DNA of 20,477 bases from an uncultured Methanosarcinales archaeon. GTDB lineage: Archaea > Nanobdellota > Nanobdellia > Woesearchaeales > B29-G15. This document shows positions 14,605 through 20,477 of the stretch, in pieces. The stretch's first letter is position 1, and each line of letters starts with the position of its first letter. Where the stretch lies: positions 3,926 through 24,402 of the forward strand of contig CAYOTZ010000004.1 in NCBI GenBank assembly GCA_964407035.1, in the 5' to 3' direction. The position numbers were made by a program, and so were the translations under genes. The notes below the pieces were generated by a model. The model had not been told where the DNA came from and did no database searches. It saw only the letters and a program-made list of their open reading frames with translations.

Positions 14605-15006
14605 TTACACAATTATCTTTGCAAGCTTAGCGACCCCTGGCCATCTCTCACACGCTTCTTTAGCCACAGCACCCTTTATCATAGTGCCTTTGGGATTGCC
14701 TTTCTCATCTTTGCATACCACTATTGCATTGTCCTCGAACTTTATCCTTATTCCGTCTGGTCTTCTATAAGCCCTGCGTTGTCTCACAATAACAGCAGGG
14801 AACATCTGCTTTTTCAAACCAGGCTCGCCCTTAACTACAGAAACAATCACCATATCGCCAACACCTGCCGCCTGTAATCTGCCTTTGCGTGTCCTGTGCC
14901 TCTTTACAGATATTATTTTAACTATCTTGGCACCTGAATTGTCACATGTAGCTACTTTAGAGCCAACATTCAATGCCCTTGTCACTTTTGCCTTAAGCGC
15001 TTTCAT
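14605..15006 (-). CDS. rpl14: Ribosomal protein uL14
   Basis: 'VATCDNSGAKIVKIISV' and 'AVIVRQRRAYRRPDG' are present. Confidence 0.95.
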   Translation of the reverse strand: MKALKAKVTRALNVGSKVATCDNSGAKIVKIISVKRHRTRKGRLQAAGVGDMVIVSVVKGEPGLKKQMFPAVIVRQRRAYRRPDGIRIKFEDNAIVVCKDEKGNPKGTMIKGAVAKEACERWPGVAKLAKIIV

Positions 15007-15304
15007 TTTTGGAAATAATCTTAGTTACGACGAAACTCTTTGTTTTGCTCAGTGGCCTGCATTCCCTTACTTCCACCACATCGCCTTCTTTGGCTGATAT
15101 ACACTCTGGATTGTGTGCTTTCAGCACAGTGTAACGCTTTTCGTACCTTTGGTACTTTCTAATCAGGTAAGGCCTCTCTATTTCAACTTTAACTGTCTTC
15201 TGCATCTTGGCTGATTTCACCACACCAACGAATGTGCGTCCGCGGGTCTTCAAACTACCGTGGATCGCACATCTTGGATCATTACATTCTTGTTCTACTG
15301 CCAT
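14993..15304 (-). CDS. rps17: Ribosomal protein uS17
   Basis: 'RGRTFVGVVKSAKMQKTVKVE' is present. The listed start at 15310 is TTG. The ATG at 15304 follows TGAGGTttgaaa, where the SD-like GAGGT overlaps the rnp1 stop. Confidence 0.92.
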   Translation of the reverse strand: MAVEQECNDPRCAIHGSLKTRGRTFVGVVKSAKMQKTVKVEIERPYLIRKYQRYEKRYTVLKAHNPECISAKEGDVVEVRECRPLSKTKSFVVTKIISKNESA

Positions 15305-15313
15305 TTTCAAACC

Positions 15314-15559
15314 TCAAAACCTCTCATGCGGGAGCCCGATGAGTTCTCTACCAGACACAATCTTACCTCCCAAATCAAGCACAACCTGGTTCTTCAACAG
15401 TATCTTTCTACCCTTTTTGGTTTCTAAAATAATCGTGTTCTTGGTTTCGTTAACTACCAAACCCTCTATTCCGACAGTGCACTTGTTTTGTGATGATATC
15501 ACTTTCACTCTCCTACCTATTAGCATTTCTGCTATAGGTATCTGCTTTTTGGTTGGCAT
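15314..15559 (-). CDS. rnp1: RNase P protein component 1 (Rpp29/Pop4 homologue)
   Basis: The Sm-like core 'LIGRRVKVISSQNKCTVGIEGLVVNETKNTIILET' is present. The gene holds the conserved archaeal position between SUI1/uL29 and uS17. At 81 aa it lies at the short end of the family. Confidence 0.8.
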   Translation of the reverse strand: MPTKKQIPIAEMLIGRRVKVISSQNKCTVGIEGLVVNETKNTIILETKKGRKILLKNQVVLDLGGKIVSGRELIGLPHERF

Positions 15560-15575
15560 GACCTTTGCTAGCTCC

Positions 15576-15887
15576 CTAATGTTTGAGCTGTATCGTTCCA
15601 GGACTGAAGCCTATCTTGACAAGCACATCCTTAACCGCGTGTAGGTGATTACCCTGTAGTTCTATCTTGCCGTCTTTGGATGTGCCGCCGCACGCCAGCT
15701 TGCTCTTCAGCTCCTTTGTTAGGTCTTGAAGGTCTATGTTCTTGTCTTTTATACCGTCAATTATTGTATACACCTTACCGAACTTTCGCTTTTCTGTGTA
15801 CACTGTAATCAACTGACTTTCACGTGCGATTGCCTCGCAAACGCACAGCTCTTTCGGGAGCCCACACTTCGGGCAAATCTCACTCAT
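15576..15887 (-). CDS. Translation initiation factor aIF1 (SUI1)
   Basis: The N-terminal zinc knuckle 'CPKCGLPKELCVC' and the SUI1 core 'LKSKLACGGTSKDGKIELQGNH' are both present. Confidence 0.9.
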   Translation of the reverse strand: MSEICPKCGLPKELCVCEAIARESQLITVYTEKRKFGKVYTIIDGIKDKNIDLQDLTKELKSKLACGGTSKDGKIELQGNHLHAVKDVLVKIGFSPGTIQLKH

Positions 15888-16093
15888 CCTTTTGGCTTAA
15901 CCTCCTTGGATTTTTTTAAGGTGAGTATCATAGCAATAGTTCTTTTAATCTGCCGTATCCTGCCTGGTTTTTCTGGTAGCGTTCTCGTGGCTACTTGTGC
16001 CTGAAGTTTCATCAATTCCTTTTTCAAATCACTTAACCTTTTGTCAAGCTCGCTGACAGTTAGGTTCTTAAGTTGATTGTACAGTTTACTCAT
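15884..16093 (-). CDS. rpl29: Ribosomal protein uL29
   Basis: 'LTVSELDKRLSDLKKELMKLQAQ' is present. The ATG at 16093 is preferred because GGAG lies 6 nt upstream and it overlaps the uS3 stop by 8 nt. The listed Lys-rich extension to 16156 lies inside the uS3 tail coding region. Confidence 0.88.
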   Translation of the reverse strand: MSKLYNQLKNLTVSELDKRLSDLKKELMKLQAQVATRTLPEKPGRIRQIKRTIAMILTLKKSKEVKPKG

Positions 16094-16811
16094 TTTTCTC
16101 CTGTTCTTCTTTTTCTTGTTTTTCTTCTTGTTTTTCCTGTTCTTTTTTTGGCTCATCTTTGGATTGAGTTTCTTTTGTCGACTCTGGTTCCTTCTCGCTT
16201 TTTTCTTCCTTATTTTCTTCTTTTATTTTGATTGTATCTGGCAGCTCCACATCCGGCGGCATTATCTTAACAATAACTCCAACAACGCCTGACTTGAGCT
16301 TGGCAATCCTGTAAGCAACATCAACATGAGCAATTGCTGGCTCACCACACTTCTTGAGATAACCAGAGGACACTCTCCATGTTCTCGCTCTCTGGCTCGG
16401 TACCTTTCCTGAAAGCAGGATCTCAATACCTTTTGCCCCTGCAACCATAGTGTTCTCAACAGCCCTGTGAATTATTGATTTAAATCTCGCCGCCCCGTAA
16501 CGCTCCAAAGCTGAAATTATTGATTCAGCAACTATGTTAGCATCGAGGTATGGGTCTGGCACCTCTGCAATCTCAACTTGGGGATTGTCCAAATCGAACT
16601 TCACACTGAGTTGCTCTGTAAGCTCCTTTATGTTCTTCCCGGACCTGCCCACTACTATACCAGGCCTTGAAGTATAGATAATAATCTTCTCACCGAGGGG
16701 TGTTCTCTTTACATCTATCTTGCTAACACCGCCATTACTCAAGAAGTCCATAATGAACTCCTTAACCTGGTGTTCAAGTATCTGCCTTGAAACTATTTCG
16801 CGTTCTATCAT
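16086..16811 (-). CDS. rps3: Ribosomal protein uS3 with a ~47-aa Lys/Glu-rich C-terminal tail
   Basis: The KH domain 'RPGIVVGRSGKNIKELTE' is present. The tail is 'KIKEENKEEKSEKEPESTKETQSKDEPKKEQEKQEEKQEKEEQEKNE'. Confidence 0.93.
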   Translation of the reverse strand: MIEREIVSRQILEHQVKEFIMDFLSNGGVSKIDVKRTPLGEKIIIYTSRPGIVVGRSGKNIKELTEQLSVKFDLDNPQVEIAEVPDPYLDANIVAESIISALERYGAARFKSIIHRAVENTMVAGAKGIEILLSGKVPSQRARTWRVSSGYLKKCGEPAIAHVDVAYRIAKLKSGVVGVIVKIMPPDVELPDTIKIKEENKEEKSEKEPESTKETQSKDEPKKEQEKQEEKQEKEEQEKNE

Positions 16812-17377
16812 TTTTTCTCCTTAGTTGCTTGCTTGGCAGCTGAATTGCTTTTAACTTTTTCGCCCTTTTTTTCTGGCTTTTTTGGCTGTTTATCTTCTTT
16901 CTTTTCATCTGTATCTTTGGGTTTCCTCTTTGTTTTTTCTTCAGAAACCTCTGTAACAACAATCTCAATGTGGGTCCGCTTGGCTCTCCTGCTTCGTTTC
17001 CTACCGTATTTCAAACTCGTTGTTCCTTTATTGGCAATTATGGAGCTAATCACCAAGCTCTCTGCACTTAAGCCCTTGTCAATAGCGTTTGAAACCGCTG
17101 ATTTTAGTATTTTGAGTATCTCTTTGCACGCTTTCACAGGATACCTGCCCGCTGCCATGCCGGGCTTATGTCCAACATCACGATTATATCGCTTAAATGG
17201 CACTGCACACTTTTTCGCAATAACCTCGTTCAACACCAATTTTGCTTTTTCTATCTTCATCCTGCGCAGTATGTTGCTAACTTCAACCGCATGCTTTAGC
17301 GAAATATCCAGGTTCAAGCCCCTTGCAACTGCTGAAAGCTCCTTTTTTGCTGTCTTGCTGAGTGCTTTTGTTGCCAT
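16808..17377 (-). CDS. rpl22: Ribosomal protein uL22 with a ~46-aa Lys/Glu-rich C-terminal tail
   Basis: 'VPFKRYNRDVGHKPGMAAGRYP' is present. The tail is 'EEKTKRKPKDTDEKKEDKQPKKPEKKGEKVKSNSAAKQATKEKK'. Confidence 0.93.
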   Translation of the reverse strand: MATKALSKTAKKELSAVARGLNLDISLKHAVEVSNILRRMKIEKAKLVLNEVIAKKCAVPFKRYNRDVGHKPGMAAGRYPVKACKEILKILKSAVSNAIDKGLSAESLVISSIIANKGTTSLKYGRKRSRRAKRTHIEIVVTEVSEEKTKRKPKDTDEKKEDKQPKKPEKKGEKVKSNSAAKQATKEKK

Positions 17378-17378
17378 T

Positions 17379-17759
17379 TTATCTCACTGAAAGTGCTGCA
17401 CTGCTCCTCGTTGCACCTATGCCAGGTGCGTGATGCTCTACTGGTTTTCTCGTTAATGCAAACTCGCCGAGATAATGCCCTATCATCTCGGGCTGTATTG
17501 TAACGCTGACAAAATCCTTGCCATTATGTACCATAATCCTCCTGCCAACCATCTGTGGTAGAACTATTATATCTCTACAGTGAGTTTTGGGCGCCTCTTT
17601 CTTCTCCAATGCCTTTAAAAGTTTCTTCTGCTCTTCTGTCAAGCCGCGTATCAAACTGCGCCTCTGTCTTGCAGGCAACAGCTTTGCAAACTCCTGCAAA
17701 CTAAGCTTTTTGAGTTCTTCCAGGGTTTTACCTCGGTATTTGAATTCTTTTAGGGCCAT
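17379..17759 (-). CDS. rps19: Ribosomal protein uS19
   Basis: '[31 protein letters not shown]' is present. Confidence 0.95.
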   Translation of the reverse strand: MALKEFKYRGKTLEELKKLSLQEFAKLLPARQRRSLIRGLTEEQKKLLKALEKKEAPKTHCRDIIVLPQMVGRRIMVHNGKDFVSVTIQPEMIGHYLGEFALTRKPVEHHAPGIGATRSSAALSVR

Positions 17760-17761
17760 TT

Positions 17762-18472
17762 TTACTTCCTCTTACCTGTCCTCCTAGGCCTTAGTTTGCC
17801 TACCTTTCTACCTGGTGGGGCATTCCTTGGCGCTATTGTTGCTCTGCCTTTGGTTGAGCTTGAAGAGCCACCGAACGGGTGGTCCACAGCGTTCATTGAA
17901 ACTCCTGAAACTCTCGGGTAGAGACCGCCAGTAGCTTTAATTTTGTGATACTTCCTGCCTGCCTTGTAAAAGGGTTTCTCTGTTCTGCCAGAGCCGGCTG
18001 CTCTGCCTATGGTTGCCCTGCATTTTGGGTGGAACTTCCTCACTGTCTTAGAAGGCAATCTAACCATTACCCATTCATTGCTCTTTGAAATTATCCTGGC
18101 GAAACCGCCACTTGCCCTTACGAACTTGCCACCATCACCAGGTTTTGATTCAAGATTGTAAACCATCATACCAACAGGTATATCTACCAATGCTGCTATA
18201 TCGCCCGGGTTGAAGTCGCTCTTTGCACCGAGTTTAACCTGCTGACCAACGAACATGCCTTCTGCCCCTATAACCAATACATCCTGCTTGTTCTGTAGTT
18301 TTAGCTTTACAAGCGGGGCTGTATGTCCTGGACAATCGATTATATCCTTAACAACCGCAACTGTCTCCTCTTCAAACAGAGGGTATTTGGCTTTGCCTTC
18401 AAACCTGAAGCTATGTGAGGCATATGTCTTTGTGCCTTTCCCTCTCCTCTGCTGTATGAGATTCTTACCCAT
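17762..18472 (-). CDS. rpl2: Ribosomal protein uL2
   Basis: '[11 protein letters not shown]' and '[17 protein letters not shown]' are present. Confidence 0.95.
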   Translation of the reverse strand: MGKNLIQQRRGKGTKTYASHSFRFEGKAKYPLFEEETVAVVKDIIDCPGHTAPLVKLKLQNKQDVLVIGAEGMFVGQQVKLGAKSDFNPGDIAALVDIPVGMMVYNLESKPGDGGKFVRASGGFARIISKSNEWVMVRLPSKTVRKFHPKCRATIGRAAGSGRTEKPFYKAGRKYHKIKATGGLYPRVSGVSMNAVDHPFGGSSSSTKGRATIAPRNAPPGRKVGKLRPRRTGKRK

Positions 18473-18473
18473 C

Positions 18474-18734
18474 TTACATCATGCCAAGCTGAGTAGCTAT
18501 ATCAAGAGCAGGGCTTTCTGGGCTTAGTTTTATGTAAGCCTTCTTCAGCCCCTTTGGTGTTATTACAAGATTTACTTGTTGCACTTTCACATTGAACGCT
18601 TTCTCAAACGCCTCTCTGACCTGCTTTTTGGTTGCTTTTAGGTCCACTATGAAAACAAGCTTGTTCTCTGACTCCAGCAATCTCAAGCTCTTTTCTGTGC
18701 TCAACGGATACTTGAGTATGTGAGTATCTATCAT
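18474..18734 (-). CDS. rpl23: Ribosomal protein uL23
   Basis: 'ILKYPLSTEKS' and 'KLVFIVDLKATKKQVREAFEKAFNVKV' are present. Confidence 0.93.
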   Translation of the reverse strand: MIDTHILKYPLSTEKSLRLLESENKLVFIVDLKATKKQVREAFEKAFNVKVQQVNLVITPKGLKKAYIKLSPESPALDIATQLGMM

Positions 18735-18735
18735 T

Positions 18736-19542
18736 TTAAGCGAACAATCCTTCCTTTGCCATAATCTTTACAGCACCTTCTGTCCACAGGGTTAACCTGC
18801 CGGGCACACCCCCTGGCGCGAGTAGCTCTGCATTCAACGAACGGACTAGGCTCACCTCAACTCCCGGTATGTTCTTCGCAGCTTCCATAAGAGGACAATT
18901 TTCACTAACAACTATGAGCAAACCGCGCTTTGTCTTGTAGCGTCTGCCTCTCATCTTGCCCTTGCCTGCCCTAATCTTCTTCTCTTTCGTCCTATCTAGC
19001 TCTTCTTTGAAATCGAGCCTCTCAAGCGTTTCTACAACCTGCTTTGTCTTTGAGAGCTTGCAGAACTTGTCGTGAACAGCAAACGGATAATTGCCAGGCA
19101 ATTTATGACCCCTTGATTCAACCAGTTCCTTTTTCAGTGTAGCTGCGATTGCTGAGCGTAATGCTTTGCGTTTTTCTTTAATAGGTATTGATTTATCATA
19201 GTTCTTCTCTGATTTTGGTGGATGGGCTCTCCTGCCGCCCACAGTATTGGGTGCCATAGCCCCTACCCAGTACAACCGTCTACCACGCCTGCTCAGTATC
19301 TTTCGTGGGGTTCTTGATATGCCGTAGCCATACACACTACGATAAGCCCGTCTTCTCTTTGAAAGGTAAACAGAGTGTTTGTTACCAGCCATAGGCGAAG
19401 TTCCATACGGCTGTCTGTTATTGTCCTGGTAAACAAAAAATACCTTCTTTATAATGTCAATTCTAACAGGTTCTTCAAACTGGTAAGGCACCTCAAGCTC
19501 TTTCAGTTTCTTACCGCTGCTGTCCAAAAGAGGTATCTTCAT
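18736..19542 (-). CDS. rpl4: Ribosomal protein uL4
   Basis: The 268-aa protein lies between uL3 and uL23. 'GISRTPRKILSRRG' and 'GGRRAHPPK' fit the archaeal L4/L1e family. Confidence 0.92.
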   Translation of the reverse strand: MKIPLLDSSGKKLKELEVPYQFEEPVRIDIIKKVFFVYQDNNRQPYGTSPMAGNKHSVYLSKRRRAYRSVYGYGISRTPRKILSRRGRRLYWVGAMAPNTVGGRRAHPPKSEKNYDKSIPIKEKRKALRSAIAATLKKELVESRGHKLPGNYPFAVHDKFCKLSKTKQVVETLERLDFKEELDRTKEKKIRAGKGKMRGRRYKTKRGLLIVVSENCPLMEAAKNIPGVEVSLVRSLNAELLAPGGVPGRLTLWTEGAVKIMAKEGLFA

Positions 19543-20477
19543 TTCTCAGTCACCAGTGATATACTCTCAATCTGTGGCGGCTCTGTAGGGTATCTCTTTG
19601 AGGGCCTCTTTGCCTTGTATAGCCTTATCAACCGCTTTGGAGGGCCAGGGACAGAGCCCTTAAGCAGTATATACTCGTTCTTTACAGGCCCGTAATGGTT
19701 AAAACCGCCAACAGGATTTATCGGCTCGTTTGATATCTTTACAAGCCACTTGTTCTTTTCTGTCCTTGTGTGGAAGCCCATCTTACCGGGCTGTGGAACA
19801 GTAGGCAGAACATGGCTGGGTGTCCACGCACCAAGGTTGCCGGCGCCCCGTTTTGTCTTTTCTGACTTGTGTTGCTTTATACCAACGCCGAAGCGCTTGA
19901 CAGTGCCTTGAAAGCCCTTTCCTTTTGTAACTCCAGCCACATCCACCTGTTCGCCTTCTGCAAACACATCACTCACACGAAGCTGCTTACCTATATGCTG
20001 CTTTGCAAACTCAAATTTATTCTGTAAACTACCACCCAAAGCAAGCTCAAACATTTCTGGGGTTTTCTGACCCCTTGGGGTCTGGTGAGTGGAAGTGTAA
20101 ACAATAAGCCGCAGGTCGTCAAACTCGGTTATATCTATCCTTGACAACTCCTGCTTTAGCTCCTTAGCCACAGGTATCTTCCTTGCAAGAAGCTTATCAT
20201 TCGAAACAACAATTTCCTTCGCAGCTTTCAAGCCATGGTCTGTCTGCTTGTAGAGCCTAATAGAATAAATATTAAGTGGAGGACACTCAATTAGCGTAAT
20301 CGGCATTGCTATTTTCTCGCCCTTTGTTCTTGACTTTAATCTGTTATCCAAGACAATAGCATGAAGCATCTCCACCTTGTAGCCATAAAAACCAAGTGGC
20401 TTGGTCTCATCTATTTCGGGCCAAGACCTACACCTAGGATATATTCTTCTGGCTCTCTTTCTCGGCCAGTACTGCAT
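19539..20477 (-). CDS. rpl3: Ribosomal protein uL3; the start coincides with the window edge, so the N-terminus may be incomplete
   Basis: 'WPRKRARR' and 'TKGKGFQGTVKRFG' are present. The ATG occupies the last three bases of the window. Many archaeal uL3 carry ~10 more residues before the PRKRA motif, so the true start may lie outside the window. Confidence 0.92.
   Translation of the reverse strand: MQYWPRKRARRIYPRCRSWPEIDETKPLGFYGYKVEMLHAIVLDNRLKSRTKGEKIAMPITLIECPPLNIYSIRLYKQTDHGLKAAKEIVVSNDKLLARKIPVAKELKQELSRIDITEFDDLRLIVYTSTHQTPRGQKTPEMFELALGGSLQNKFEFAKQHIGKQLRVSDVFAEGEQVDVAGVTKGKGFQGTVKRFGVGIKQHKSEKTKRGAGNLGAWTPSHVLPTVPQPGKMGFHTRTEKNKWLVKISNEPINPVGGFNHYGPVKNEYILLKGSVPGPPKRLIRLYKAKRPSKRYPTEPPQIESISLVTEK

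Noticed and set aside
6788-17390. Long plus-strand ORFs antisense to the ribosomal cluster and secY, for example 7228-7785 (185 aa), 9904-10404 (166 aa), 11135-11538, 15207-15644 (145 aa) and 16833-17390 (185 aa).
   Set aside because: Each lies entirely opposite a gene with unmistakable conserved motifs. Their translations are Phe/Leu/Ser/Cys-rich low complexity, as expected from reading Lys/Glu/Arg-rich purine codons backwards. They have no promoter or SD context. They are shadow ORFs.
1-20477. Search by eye for tRNA, rRNA, CRISPR repeats, transposase or integrase genes, terminal inverted repeats, toxin-antitoxin pairs or defence genes.
   Set aside because: None was found. Every ORF longer than 80 aa with coding character is accounted for by the features listed. 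The only long non-coding stretch lacks repeat-spacer periodicity.

Overview
This window looks like a compact archaeal chromosomal fragment. No rRNA, tRNA, CRISPR array, transposase, integrase or recognisable defence gene was found by eye.

Layout:
- Bases ~5.6-20.5 kb (minus strand) hold the canonical archaeal S10/spc ribosomal-protein supercluster in textbook order: uL3-uL4-uL23-uL2-uS19-uL22-uS3-uL29-aIF1/SUI1-RNase P Rpp29-uS17-uL14-uL24-eS4-uL5-uS14-uS8-uL6-eL32-eL19-uL18-uS5-uL30-uL15-SecY-DUF106/YidC-like insertase. A separately promoted eL34-eL14 pair follows. From uL3 to the DUF106 gene, junctions are either overlaps or gaps of at most 16 nt.
- Bases 1-5.6 kb are the accessory part. 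They hold a 5'-truncated PCNA gene, an 84-aa stand-alone EF-Tu-domain-II-like barrel protein, a 7-TM membrane protein and a Zn-ribbon class I SAM methyltransferase.
- The accessory part also holds a tightly coupled four-gene plus-strand operon: ArsR-type regulator, NcsA/TtuA-like PP-loop [4Fe-4S] tRNA sulfurtransferase, cysteine desulfurase IscS and scaffold IscU.

Most interesting observations:
1. The regulator-thiolase-IscS-IscU module. A perfect 8-4-8 palindrome sits on its predicted leaderless start, and the regulator is Cys-rich.
2. A ~105-aa extracytoplasmic insertion, rich in glycosylation sequons, in the DUF106/YidC-like insertase.
3. Loss of adk and cmk from the otherwise conserved secY neighbourhood.
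4. Lys/Glu-rich low-complexity tails on many ribosomal proteins.
5. Three identical TTTAAATA boxes 20-24 nt upstream of start codons, which implies leaderless transcription units.
6. A ~390-bp AT-rich non-coding spacer with a 12-nt direct repeat.

The gene content suggests a small-genome (possibly DPANN-like) archaeon, but this is inference only. All functional calls rest on motif recognition in the supplied translations. No database search was run.
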